From a virus (taxonomy: Duplodnaviria > Caudoviricetes), in the IMG/VR virus record IMGVR_UViG_2893071988_000005, positions 1-64,000 of that record: 64,000 bases of DNA, one strand, 5' to 3'. The notes beneath the pieces were generated by a model. It worked only from the letters and a program-made list of their open reading frames with translations. It was not told the origin of the DNA and ran no database searches. Position numbers and translations under genes: made by a program. Positions 17,947-26,881 of the stretch are shown in pieces (within the stretch, counting starts at the first letter, position 1; each line of letters opens with the position of its first letter).

Positions 17947-19351
17947 TACGCAGGTCGAAAAGATCGTCTTGGGGGCGATCTTGCAGAGCGAGGATTCGTT
18001 CTGGGAATTGGCGGACAGCCTGTCGATGGAGGTATTCTCCACCGACGATCACAAGAAAATCTATGCGGTGGTCAGCGAGCTTGCCACGGTTGGCAAGGTC
18101 ATTTCGCCGGCAATCGTAAGCGGGCGCGTCGGGAAGATCTCCGATGGGCAGGATGCAGACGGCTATATCTCCATGCTGCTCCACCTCGCGGCCCGCGAGG
18201 AGATGCTGCAGGCCAAGCTGCCGCAATATCTCGACGAGCTGCTCTCTTTGTCGGCGCGCCGGCGCCTGGAGAGCTTGGCGAACAGTATCCTGAAATCGGT
18301 TGGTGACCTTCGGCTCGACCCGAACGATTTGATCGAGCGCACTGCGCAGCGCATGGCGGACATCTCCCGGGCCAGCACCATCGAGAAGGAGCATACTCTC
18401 GCGTCATCGCTCGACGAGGTGTTCGAGCGGGCGAACGTGCAGCTCGAGCAGAATCAGACCAGCCTCGCGCTGCGGCCTTGCCTTGCCGGCCTGACGGAAA
18501 TGATCGGGTTCATCCCCACGTCATCGCTCATCCTCTGGGGAGGCGGACCGGGCGGGGGCAAAACGGCAATCGCCGCGCAGCAGGCAATTTTCTCCGCCGA
18601 AATGGATGGTGAGCCCACCACGTTCTTTGAACTGGAAATGGACAACCGGTCGCTCGTCACCCGCGCGCTGTCTGGCCGCACCGGTGTCACGGCACGCGAT
18701 GCCATGCTCGGCCTGACCGAGGAGCAGCTGGGCAAGATCCTCGACGTTCGCAAGGAAGTGCGGGAGGTCCCGCTTCGTCTGATCTGCCGCGGCGAAATGA
18801 CCATGGAGCAGCTTGCGATGCGGGCGAGGGCGCACAAGCGCAAGCATGGGCTCCGGCTTCTGCTGGTCGACCACATGAAGCTGCTCGGCCGGGCCAATGC
18901 TGGCCGGCTGAGCGGGCCGGAGATCGTCTACAAGAACGGCGGCACGCTGAAGGCCCTCGCAAAGGAACTCGACTGCGCGATCATTGCGCTCTGCCAGTTC
19001 ACCAAGGACGCGCGCTCGCGCGAGGACAATCCAGAACCGGAGATGGAGGACTTCTACGGCGGTGCGCTGGAAGAGCATGCCGACATGATGCTGGCCAACT
19101 TCAATCGCCATGCCTGGCTAACGAAGAATCCTCCGAAAACGAAGAACAAGCAGGAGGAATACGACGGGAAGCTGATCGTCAATAAAGGGAAAATCGAAGT
19201 CTACAAGTTGAAGGACCGATTGGGCCCGGGGCGAGATCGCCGGATCTTTAATTGGAACGGCCGGCTCACCCGCTTCGAGGACCAGGACGTGGCCCCCAAG
19301 CAAAACAGCCTCTTCACCGACGAACCCACATTCCACGAGGTCTACAACTGA
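17924..19351 (+). CDS. DnaB-like replicative helicase
   Basis: Walker A 'GGPGGGKT', 'FELEM', 'VDHM', 'LKALAKELDC...LCQ', 'LEEHAD'. Confidence 0.9.
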   Translation: MTNSVIGNTQVEKIVLGAILQSEDSFWELADSLSMEVFSTDDHKKIYAVVSELATVGKVISPAIVSGRVGKISDGQDADGYISMLLHLAAREEMLQAKLPQYLDELLSLSARRRLESLANSILKSVGDLRLDPNDLIERTAQRMADISRASTIEKEHTLASSLDEVFERANVQLEQNQTSLALRPCLAGLTEMIGFIPTSSLILWGGGPGGGKTAIAAQQAIFSAEMDGEPTTFFELEMDNRSLVTRALSGRTGVTARDAMLGLTEEQLGKILDVRKEVREVPLRLICRGEMTMEQLAMRARAHKRKHGLRLLLVDHMKLLGRANAGRLSGPEIVYKNGGTLKALAKELDCAIIALCQFTKDARSREDNPEPEMEDFYGGALEEHADMMLANFNRHAWLTKNPPKTKNKQEEYDGKLIVNKGKIEVYKLKDRLGPGRDRRIFNWNGRLTRFEDQDVAPKQNSLFTDEPTFHEVYN

Positions 19352-19662
19352 TGAACGACTTTGATTACGAGATCGAGCCGAAGGGCAACGGGTTTGTCGC
19401 CAAGATGCGCACCGCTCGCGACGGGGCTATGCGTCCGCTCGTCGGCAAAAAGGGAAAGCCCATCGTCTTCGTCGCCCGGGCCGCGGCCGCCGAAGCGCTC
19501 CTCACGAATCTCTGCGCCTTCGTCAATGGGCATTATGAGCGTGACGGAGAAATAGCCGGACACACGGCGGCGGCCGTCAACGCCGTGTTCCGAATCGTCA
19601 AGCAGAAGGGGCGAACCCGGCAGATCACCGTCGTCACGAACCGGAGGCCTGTCCGTGGCTAA
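19351..19662 (+). CDS. Hypothetical phage protein
   Basis: TGATG-coupled to the helicase. Confidence 0.6.
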   Translation: MNDFDYEIEPKGNGFVAKMRTARDGAMRPLVGKKGKPIVFVARAAAAEALLTNLCAFVNGHYERDGEIAGHTAAAVNAVFRIVKQKGRTRQITVVTNRRPVRG

Positions 19663-19957
19663 CTACACCGAGAAGGAACTCTTGATCGCCTGGGTGCTCT
19701 GGCTCGTCGGTCACTCCGAGAGCGCCGTTGGGCAGGTTATCGGGCGGCGGAAGAAACAGGTGGCCGGTCTCGTCAATCGGTCCCCTTACCCCAATCGCTC
19801 CGCAATGAACATCGAAGAGCGCCGGGTCGCCATCGCTGAGCTGATGATGACCCGGTACGGCGACGACGGAAAGCCCATCGATGGCGGATTGCTCGACCGG
19901 GTGTCGCTGACCCCGCTGCAGCTTCGCAGCCGGCAGGTGAAGAGGAGAGAGACATGA
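19655..19957 (+). CDS. Hypothetical HTH-like protein
   Basis: 'GHSESAVGQVIGRRKKQVAG'; GGAGG RBS. Confidence 0.55.
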   Translation: MANYTEKELLIAWVLWLVGHSESAVGQVIGRRKKQVAGLVNRSPYPNRSAMNIEERRVAIAELMMTRYGDDGKPIDGGLLDRVSLTPLQLRSRQVKRRET

Positions 19958-20769
19958 GCGCAGGAAAGGCGTTGAAGGAACGGCTTCGGAAGGTTCAGAC
20001 CGGGGAGCATTTGACCGGCGGCGCGTTGCCGCTGATCGCATTTTATGGGCGAGAACCTGCGGCCGAGGAAATGCGCAGGCGCTTCTACGACCGGTGCGAG
20101 CGAGTTTTCAACAGCACCGAGATTGACGACATGGAGATCGCAGGAAGCCAGCGGCTCGTGATTGTCAACGGCAAGATGGCCATCGTGAACCCGGATGCAG
20201 GGCTGGTAGAGAAACTGGTTGCCGCTCGGGAAATGACCACTGATCGAGACAGCAAGGGAATGCTCGGGATCCGCTATCATACGGCGCTCAAGCTGCGGGA
20301 GCTTATCGATGGCGCCCAGGTCAAGACGATGCGCTCGCCCGCGCTCGACAAGGAGGGTGGCGGTGGTGGCTTTGGGCCGGGCGAAATCCGCGGGTATCAG
20401 CTGGACTGCATGGGGAAGCTTCGGCGGATGCGGGAGCAGCTCGGTGCTTGGGGCGAGGCCAATCTCGCCGATCTTCTGGAGGACGTGGTTTGCCACGATG
20501 CGTTCCGAGATCCTCGGCCGCGCGAAATCGCCCAGGCTGACCCGATGCCGCACGAGAAGATGCTCACCCTCCTGCACTTGTCGCTCGACGTGGCGGCAGC
20601 ATCGCTCGGCTATCTCGACGACAATAGCGTCCAGCATCGCTGGAACCATGAGGAATGGAAGAAGGGACGTGCCGGCGGCGGGCCGATCAGGTCCTACCGG
20701 GACGAGACGTGGCGTCCTCAACTCGATCAAGAAGATCTTCGGCGCGGTCGATCATCTTCTCAGGATTGA
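19954..20769 (+). CDS. Hypothetical protein (possible late-gene regulator by position)
   Basis: ATGA-coupled last gene of the rightward early operon. Confidence 0.6.
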   Translation: MSAGKALKERLRKVQTGEHLTGGALPLIAFYGREPAAEEMRRRFYDRCERVFNSTEIDDMEIAGSQRLVIVNGKMAIVNPDAGLVEKLVAAREMTTDRDSKGMLGIRYHTALKLRELIDGAQVKTMRSPALDKEGGGGGFGPGEIRGYQLDCMGKLRRMREQLGAWGEANLADLLEDVVCHDAFRDPRPREIAQADPMPHEKMLTLLHLSLDVAAASLGYLDDNSVQHRWNHEEWKKGRAGGGPIRSYRDETWRPQLDQEDLRRGRSSSQD

Positions 20770-21220
20770 ACCGCATCAGGTGAATGACGAGGTAGACGGA
20801 GTGCGGGATGTCCTGCACTCCGTCGATCCACCCCATGACCCGCGACTGCGGGAAGCCGGTCAGCTCGGCAAAGAACGTCGGCGTGACGTTCAGTTCATCC
20901 AGGGCAAGCGCCAGTTCGGCGCCGGTCATCCGGACATAGCCCTTGTTCTTCCGGGTATCGAGCGTCCGGCTGTCGTAGAGCGAGGCGAACGCCTTGAGTG
21001 CAGCGATCTCCGCCGCCTCGGCAGTCTCGAACTTCTTCACCGCACCGCCGACTTGCACATACTCTGGCACAAGGCCGGGCATTGCGTACTCGGCGACGAA
21101 CTTGTCGCCTTTCGGCACGGCCCGGCAGATGCGGCGGGAGGCTGGCTTCATGTCCGTTGCGGTCTTCATCGTTAGGGTGGGCCGCGGTGGCGCGGCGAGC
21201 GTGACGGACATATTTCCCAT
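20687..21220 (-). CDS. XRE-type HTH-containing protein
   Basis: 'MTGAELALALDELNVTPTFFAELTG...VMGWIDG'; start uncertain. Confidence 0.65.
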   Translation of the reverse strand: MGNMSVTLAAPPRPTLTMKTATDMKPASRRICRAVPKGDKFVAEYAMPGLVPEYVQVGGAVKKFETAEAAEIAALKAFASLYDSRTLDTRKNKGYVRMTGAELALALDELNVTPTFFAELTGFPQSRVMGWIDGVQDIPHSVYLVIHLMRFNPEKMIDRAEDLLDRVEDATSRPGRT

Positions 21221-21258
21221 CCTTGATTACTGCACGGTTAAAGTGGTGATCGAAAAGC

Positions 21259-22050
21259 TCAATCGCTGAAATCGAATAGCGGAAGGCCAGCCGTGCTTCG
21301 GATCTTTACCTTCTTCGCTGGCGGAGTGACAGCGGCGTCCGGAACTTCGGGTTTGGCGTCGGGCTGCGCCACCTGTTTCGCCGCCAGACGGCCCGACCAG
21401 AAGCCAAGGATATGCGCCGGCGTGAACCAGTCCTCGCGAAACTCCATTCGAAGCGTGTCGCCGACGATGACCTGCGCGGGTATGTGGAGGAGAGAGAACT
21501 GGATATAGGCCATGTGGACGGCTCGCGGGTCAACATCGACCGCCACCACATGCAGCTTCCTTTGATAGTTGATGCCCAGGTCTTTGATCGCTTCTGCGAG
21601 GGCGATAATCGTTGCCCCTGCGCCCACAGCAGGCTCGTGCGCGGTGACGTAGCCGTGCGCATTGATGACCTTTTGAAGGTCGTCGAAGCCGCCGATGTTG
21701 ATCTTCGCCATCATGAGGCAAAGCTCGTAAGGCGTGAAGAACTGGCCGCGCGCCTTGTTGTGCAACTCCAATTCGTGGAACGTGGCGCCGAGGATATCCT
21801 GCGGCGCGGTCTCCAGCGCCATCGTCACTTCCCCGAGGATCTGTGGGAAGATTGCAAGTTCGTCCTTCTGATAGCGGCGGACGATGTCAAGGTAGCGAGC
21901 CTCCCTCGCTTCGCGCTGGCGAACATCGATGGCGTTGCTGATGGCGATCGCCGCGCACGCGCACCAATCCGAGAAGACCGTGTATAGGTCGTGCCGATAT
22001 CGCAGGGATTCGAATAGCTTCGAGATTGTCTTGAGGTGTTGGGTGCTCAT
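21259..22050 (-). CDS. N-6 DNA methylase-like SAM-binding protein lacking an evident NPPY/F motif
   Basis: 'GQFFTPY', 'EPAVGAGA', 'AVDVD', 'GDTL'; ATGA-coupled to the upstream gene. Confidence 0.75.
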   Translation of the reverse strand: MSTQHLKTISKLFESLRYRHDLYTVFSDWCACAAIAISNAIDVRQREAREARYLDIVRRYQKDELAIFPQILGEVTMALETAPQDILGATFHELELHNKARGQFFTPYELCLMMAKINIGGFDDLQKVINAHGYVTAHEPAVGAGATIIALAEAIKDLGINYQRKLHVVAVDVDPRAVHMAYIQFSLLHIPAQVIVGDTLRMEFREDWFTPAHILGFWSGRLAAKQVAQPDAKPEVPDAAVTPPAKKVKIRSTAGLPLFDFSD

Positions 22051-23123
22051 GGCTGGCTCGCCTTCTGCTGCTTCTGCGCGAGCAATTCGGCATAGCGTTC
22101 GCGGACGCTGTCCGGTGTGAGGTGGCGTGACTGGAAGCCATAGAGTTCGGTGACCTCGCTGCGGGCTCGGGCGAGAATGTCGGCCTCGTTGTTGGTGAGC
22201 ATCCGTGTCGGCCAGCCCTTCACGTAGAGCATGCGCCTGGTGATCCGCTTTTCGATCTCGGATCGGCGGCGGGCCTTTTCCTTTGCCATCGCCAAGCCGT
22301 CTCGGCCTTTGCTGGTGAGGAGGTGCGGGGCGACATCGCCGAGCCACCGTGCTCCTTGGAATGCGAAGCCGCTGGCGATCTCCAGCGCAACCATGTTCCG
22401 GTAGAGGTCGTGGCTCTCGGACTGGCCGGTTGCCGCGATAAGGTCGCCGAGCGCTGACATGATGCAGAAGCGGCAAGAGACGCGGCTCATACCGAAGACC
22501 CGGTATGCCGGGTGAGGGTGGAGGCCAGACGCGTCAATGAGGGCGAAAACCTCGTCGACGGTAAGGTCGATGATCGGGCGCCAGTTCATGATCCTGCCGG
22601 TGGCATCGGCATCCGCAACGGACATCCTGGACCGATTGCGGCTTTCCTCCCGGCGCACGCCGGTCACATTCAGGACCTGCTTGCCTCTGAAGCGCCGCTT
22701 GAGTTCGGCGATGATGACGTGGGTCTTCTGCTCGGAGGTGCAGAACCGCATGTCGGGTGTCGACCAGCAGGGTACCAACGTCACGGTGCTCAGTGTCTCG
22801 TAACGGGTCATGCTGGACAACCAGCGGCTTTCCCAACGCTCCATCAGGCCACCGGCTTTTCGGCGGACCACGACGAGGCCGCATTTCAGGTGGCCGGCAA
22901 GCTCTTCGCAGATGCGGAAGCTGTCGTTCCATTCGACTGAACCGAGATCGGCATGGATGAGAATGCGTTCGCCGGCGTGGCCGACGATATCCAGATGTTG
23001 AAACGTAGCGAGGGCGGCCGCCTGGCTGTCCTTGCCGCCAGACACGCCAATGGCAACGGGCGCGTCTGCATTGACAAGCGCCACGACATCGCCGGTGAGG
23101 GCGACGTTGGTAATGGGGGGCAT
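22047..23123 (-). CDS. PAPS reductase-family (PP-loop) protein
   Basis: 'SGGKDS', 'RFCTSEQK', 'GVRREES', 'RVSCRFC'. Confidence 0.85.
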   Translation of the reverse strand: MPPITNVALTGDVVALVNADAPVAIGVSGGKDSQAAALATFQHLDIVGHAGERILIHADLGSVEWNDSFRICEELAGHLKCGLVVVRRKAGGLMERWESRWLSSMTRYETLSTVTLVPCWSTPDMRFCTSEQKTHVIIAELKRRFRGKQVLNVTGVRREESRNRSRMSVADADATGRIMNWRPIIDLTVDEVFALIDASGLHPHPAYRVFGMSRVSCRFCIMSALGDLIAATGQSESHDLYRNMVALEIASGFAFQGARWLGDVAPHLLTSKGRDGLAMAKEKARRRSEIEKRITRRMLYVKGWPTRMLTNNEADILARARSEVTELYGFQSRHLTPDSVRERYAELLAQKQQKASQP

Positions 23124-23167
23124 GAGGTGGTCTCCTGGGAGCGCATAATTGCGGTGGTGCCGGCCGG

Positions 23168-23404
23168 CTAGACCGGATGTCGGTCGCTGCGGGCCTGCTC
23201 GTAGTGCTCTTTGGTGAAGCCGCCATTGGCGACGAACCAATCCCAAGTGCCTCGCTTTACAAGGCCAAGGGTTTCGAGGCGGCAGACCAACTGCCGCACC
23301 GAGAGGTCGAAAAAGTCCGCCATGTCGATCGCCATGCGACGGGTGAATTTGGTCTGCCCTTCCTTGTGGGCGTGGAAGGCGGCGGCTAGATCCTCGTCAT
23401 CCAC
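23168..23404 (-). CDS. Small protein resembling the ImmA/IrrE C-terminal HTH
   Basis: 'MADFFDLSVRQLVCRLETLGLVKRGTWDWF'; GTG start after GGAGG. Confidence 0.55.
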   Translation of the reverse strand: MDDEDLAAAFHAHKEGQTKFTRRMAIDMADFFDLSVRQLVCRLETLGLVKRGTWDWFVANGGFTKEHYEQARSDRHPV

Positions 23405-23597
23405 CGTCGCCTCCCATATCGACAACCTTGAATTCCCATCCCGGGTTCTCGCCAGCGTTGACGGCGATGAAATTCTCGGCCTTCTCCTTCTCTGCCCAGC
23501 GGGAGGCGTAGATCCGGAGCGAGCTAAGCGCACCGTTAGGCGCAATGAACTTCCACTTCTTCTTTCCGACTTCGCGGGCTTTGACAGCATACCTCAT
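23397..23597 (-). CDS. Hypothetical phage protein
   Basis: ATGA-coupled MRYAVKARE... Confidence 0.55.
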   Translation of the reverse strand: MRYAVKAREVGKKKWKFIAPNGALSSLRIYASRWAEKEKAENFIAVNAGENPGWEFKVVDMGGDGG

Positions 23598-23854
23598 AGG
23601 CCGGCGGCTCCTTCGATTGCTTTGGCTCTGCATGCCGCCCAGGCGGCATCGTCGGCGCGGTGGATACGGGCGAGGCGGGCGGGATCACCCGTCCGCTTCG
23701 CAAGGCGGCGGAGCTTGGCCCGGCGCCGCTTGAGGCGGGCAGGCACAAGCTTCCAGTGAATGTGGCAGAGCCACTCGTTGTGGCCGGCGTCGAGCTTCTG
23801 CCGGTCGACGGTGCGCCGGCAGAAGGGAACGCAGCAGGAGAGGCGGTCAGCCAT
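23594..23854 (-). CDS. Hypothetical Cys/His-rich basic protein
   Basis: 'CCVPFCRRT...WLCHIHW'. Confidence 0.6.
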   Translation of the reverse strand: MADRLSCCVPFCRRTVDRQKLDAGHNEWLCHIHWKLVPARLKRRRAKLRRLAKRTGDPARLARIHRADDAAWAACRAKAIEGAAGL

Positions 23855-24026
23855 CGAGCTTTTCGAGCAGGTCGATGATCTTCCGGGCCGTATCAACTTC
23901 GCGGAACGTGTACTGCCCCAGATGGGTGAGCGCCCATTGGTTTCTCTCCTCGTCCGATTTGAAGTCCGGGAAGGAGACGGCGGCCTCCGCGCATTTGAGG
24001 ATGCGAATGATGCCGGCGTCATCCAT
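23847..24026 (-). CDS. Small hypothetical protein
   Basis: MDDAGIIRIL... after GGAGG. Confidence 0.5.
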   Translation of the reverse strand: MDDAGIIRILKCAEAAVSFPDFKSDEERNQWALTHLGQYTFREVDTARKIIDLLEKLDG

Positions 24027-24789
24027 GGCCGCCTCCAATCTCACCGTGGCTGTTCTGCAGCCAGGGCCACACGATGAAGACGCCGCGCGATTCATCATCT
24101 CCGCACGTCCACCCGCATTTTCGGCAGGACTTCGCAGGCGGAGGACCGGCGGCGTTCGAGCAGTCGAACCAGTCGTGCACGCAAGTGGAGATCGCCTCGA
24201 ACCGACCATCCTCGAACTCTTCGCGAGGACGGGCCCACAGCGACCCGTCCTCGATGGAGCGATAGATTGCGACCTCGCGCATATCGACCGACGTTACCTG
24301 GTTGCGATAGGTCACATCCTCCCATCTCTCGGTCTGCATTCTGCCGACGCCGAGCAGCACGTATTCCGTACCGCGTTTCCTGTGACGGTGCGTGGCGCCG
24401 GTCCCTCCTTCCTGACCTGAGAGCGGCAGTGAAGCGTGTCTGGCGATGGAGGCATAGATGTCTTCGATGACCGAGGCGTCCTCAATCGCTCCGTCAAAGA
24501 CGTCATCGATGATCTTCCCCAAGAGGTCGCGATCCATGCGGGGCAGCTTGGGGGGCTTGCCGCAGCCCTGCGATTTAATGGGAGAAACACGGTCGAGCAC
24601 GGAGCAGCCGGTGAGGCCCTCCAACCAGATGGCAGCCGTATGCCCGGAAATGACATCGGCTTTCGAGCGGGTCTTGGTGATGAAGGCCTCGCCGTCGTCC
24701 TTGCGGACGGCGACTTTGGTGCCGATCGGATATCGGCTGTTAAATATTTCGCACTGGTTGCGCAGTTGCGCGGGGTCCGGTGTTCGCAT
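24019..24789 (-). CDS. Mosaic hypothetical protein (DUF1653-like segment)
   Basis: 'FNSRYPIGT' N-domain; 'RHRKRGTEY...IYRSIEDGSLWARPREEFEDGRF'. Confidence 0.65.
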   Translation of the reverse strand: MRTPDPAQLRNQCEIFNSRYPIGTKVAVRKDDGEAFITKTRSKADVISGHTAAIWLEGLTGCSVLDRVSPIKSQGCGKPPKLPRMDRDLLGKIIDDVFDGAIEDASVIEDIYASIARHASLPLSGQEGGTGATHRHRKRGTEYVLLGVGRMQTERWEDVTYRNQVTSVDMREVAIYRSIEDGSLWARPREEFEDGRFEAISTCVHDWFDCSNAAGPPPAKSCRKCGWTCGDDESRGVFIVWPWLQNSHGEIGGGHG

Positions 24790-24792
24790 TGA

Positions 24793-25659
24793 CTATCTCC
24801 TGCCTGCGGCGACGACGACCTTGGTGTCTTTCGGCAGTTTCCTGCCGCAGCACGGGCAATTGACCGGGGAGTGAACGAGGCGCACGCGCTCGACCTGTTC
24901 TCCGATCCAGGCGCCAACCTTGGCGAGGAGATCATCCAAGTTGTCCCCCTGGATTTGCGGTACGATCGTGTTGCCGTAGTCGTTGGTCAGCCCCCAGCGG
25001 AGGATTCGGAAACTGAATTCCTGGGGGAAGCCCTGCACCTTCACAGCGGCATCGACGGATAGGGAGCCGATATTGCGGTGATCGCCGACCTTGAAGTGCG
25101 AACGGTTCTTTGTTTCCGCGACGACCGCATCGGCCAGCCGGGTGAACAGTTCCTTCTTCTCCATGAAGCAGGGCAGCGTGTGCCAGACGTTTCGGTAACG
25201 CCGGAGGTAATCGGGAACCGTGATCATGACGCCAGGCGGGAACTTCCGCGGTGCGGCATCGACTTCGTAGACCACGTATTCCATCGGCCGTGGCGGAACG
25301 TCTTCCATCCGGTAGGCCGGCTGGTAGATCACCTCGCGCCGATCCTCGTTCAGCGCGGAGTATTCTGCAATACTCAACGGGCCCTTCACCGTGTCGGTGA
25401 ACTCGGGTCGAGGGACGTAATGGGTAATCACCTTTCGCTGTGGGTAGTGCGCGGCAATCGAGGTGATATCGCCCACAACATCAACGAAGTTCTCGTCTCC
25501 TATTGCATCCGGGAAATCGGTGCAGGCCTTGCCGTTGATGTGAGCTGTGTAGCCGTAGCCGGTGAGGCCGGCATTGTGATAGCCACCACCTTGCTTCTTC
25601 TGCACGTAGGAATGCCCGGCGTGGCGGAATACCACGATCCGTGTGTCCTGGGAGCCCAT
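24793..25659 (-). CDS. Hypothetical protein with C-terminal CxxC
   Basis: 288 aa, GGAGGAG RBS, 'CPCCGRKL'. Confidence 0.7.
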   Translation of the reverse strand: MGSQDTRIVVFRHAGHSYVQKKQGGGYHNAGLTGYGYTAHINGKACTDFPDAIGDENFVDVVGDITSIAAHYPQRKVITHYVPRPEFTDTVKGPLSIAEYSALNEDRREVIYQPAYRMEDVPPRPMEYVVYEVDAAPRKFPPGVMITVPDYLRRYRNVWHTLPCFMEKKELFTRLADAVVAETKNRSHFKVGDHRNIGSLSVDAAVKVQGFPQEFSFRILRWGLTNDYGNTIVPQIQGDNLDDLLAKVGAWIGEQVERVRLVHSPVNCPCCGRKLPKDTKVVVAAGRR

Positions 25660-25721
25660 GTGCTCCTCCATACTTGTCTGTTGAAGGGGCCGGCGCCGTG
25701 GATGGGCGCCGGCATGGATTG

Positions 25722-25892
25722 TCAGCCCTTTGGCGCGACCCGCTGGGCGGCCCATACGAGGCCGACCAGCATGCAGCCGATGACGACGTCGCCGATGAAA
25801 CCTGCCGCGATCTGCATCAAGACGAGCAGGCCGGCGATGGTCACGAGGATCGTGGCGAGATGCTCGCGGATCTTGTCGACGAGCTTCTTCAC
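25722..25892 (-). CDS. Small two-TM membrane protein
   Basis: GTGA-coupled to the TAXI-like gene; two hydrophobic stretches. Confidence 0.6.
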   Translation of the reverse strand: MKKLVDKIREHLATILVTIAGLLVLMQIAAGFIGDVVIGCMLVGLVWAAQRVAPKG

Positions 25893-26776
25893 TTGCCGAA
25901 CTCCGCCTTGATACCGGGGGCGGCGCGCGCCACGGCGGTGACGAAGGCCTTCAGCAACGCCTTGTCCTTGAGGCGATCCGTGTTGACGTAGACACCAGCC
26001 GGCCAGCTGATCGTGCTCACGTCCGACCAATAATCGAAGGAGAGCGGATATGCCTCGCCCGGGATCTTGGCGTACTCGTAGAGCGGGTTGCCCTTGATAT
26101 CGACGGCATCGTCGAAGTCGCGGTCGTTGGCTCCGACGAGAGCGATGGTATCGCCGAACGTGGCGTCCGCCTCGTTGACGACGCCGTTCTTCAGGCCGGC
26201 CGGGACCAGCATGCAGGTGGTGTCGCCGTTCGATACGGAGTTGAGCGCGAGGATGTCGCTGTCGTTGGAAACCGGGACGGCTGCATAGTCCTCGTCCTCG
26301 GCCGTGAGGTTCTGCCAGATCACCCAGGCGCCGGAGCCCGGCTCGCCGATGGCGATGCGGTACTTGTCCGGGTCGCCTTCGAGGTCGCCGAGGTCATCCA
26401 CGCCGCTCGCCTTGTTGCACAGCACATGCAGATATTCCCGGTGGAGAGAGCCCACCTGCAGGAGCTTGCGCGCCTTCGCCTGGGACTGGCGGGCGAGGTA
26501 GACCGGGCCGTCCGGCTGGCCGATCATCGCATCACACGCCTTCGGGTCGCTCGCCGGGGTGTCGAGCATGCGCTCCATGCTGTCGATCGTGCCGGCGCTT
26601 TCGACCACCTCGACCTCGGCCGGGCTCCCGGCCATCTTTGCGATCATGGCGCCGGCTGCATAGTAGTTGCCGCTCTGGCTTCCGGTGCAAAGCCGGATCG
26701 GCTCCGCGCTGGCGTGGCTCGCCGAGACCATGGCGATGCCAGCGGCCGCGACGAGAGTGAGGTATGCGATTTTCAT
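25889..26776 (-). CDS. TAXI-family (TRAP) solute-binding-like periplasmic protein
   Basis: Signal peptide; 'TGSQSGNYYAAG', 'SAGTIDS', 'QPD', 'LHREYLH', 'IGEPGSG'. Confidence 0.8.
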   Translation of the reverse strand: MKIAYLTLVAAAGIAMVSASHASAEPIRLCTGSQSGNYYAAGAMIAKMAGSPAEVEVVESAGTIDSMERMLDTPASDPKACDAMIGQPDGPVYLARQSQAKARKLLQVGSLHREYLHVLCNKASGVDDLGDLEGDPDKYRIAIGEPGSGAWVIWQNLTAEDEDYAAVPVSNDSDILALNSVSNGDTTCMLVPAGLKNGVVNEADATFGDTIALVGANDRDFDDAVDIKGNPLYEYAKIPGEAYPLSFDYWSDVSTISWPAGVYVNTDRLKDKALLKAFVTAVARAAPGIKAEFGK

Positions 26777-26824
26777 GTGAGGGTTCCTTTCCCCTTGGTG
26801 CCGCGAGCCGACCACCGGCCCGCG

Positions 26825-26858
26825 AAAAGAAAAGGGCCGGCGCGAACGCCAGCCCTTT
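26825..26858 (-). terminator. Intrinsic terminator after the parB-like gene
   Basis: Minus strand AAAGGGCTGGCG-TTCG-CGCCGGCCCTTTTCTTTT. Confidence 0.75.
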
Positions 26859-26881
26859 GAGGTCTGAGCCGGAAGGCCCGG

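Noticed and set aside
22047-23123. Complete Dnd/Ssp phosphorothioation system or sulfate-assimilation cysH
   Set aside because: No dndA/B/D/E, sspB/C or other cys genes in the window; only the family-level call is supported.
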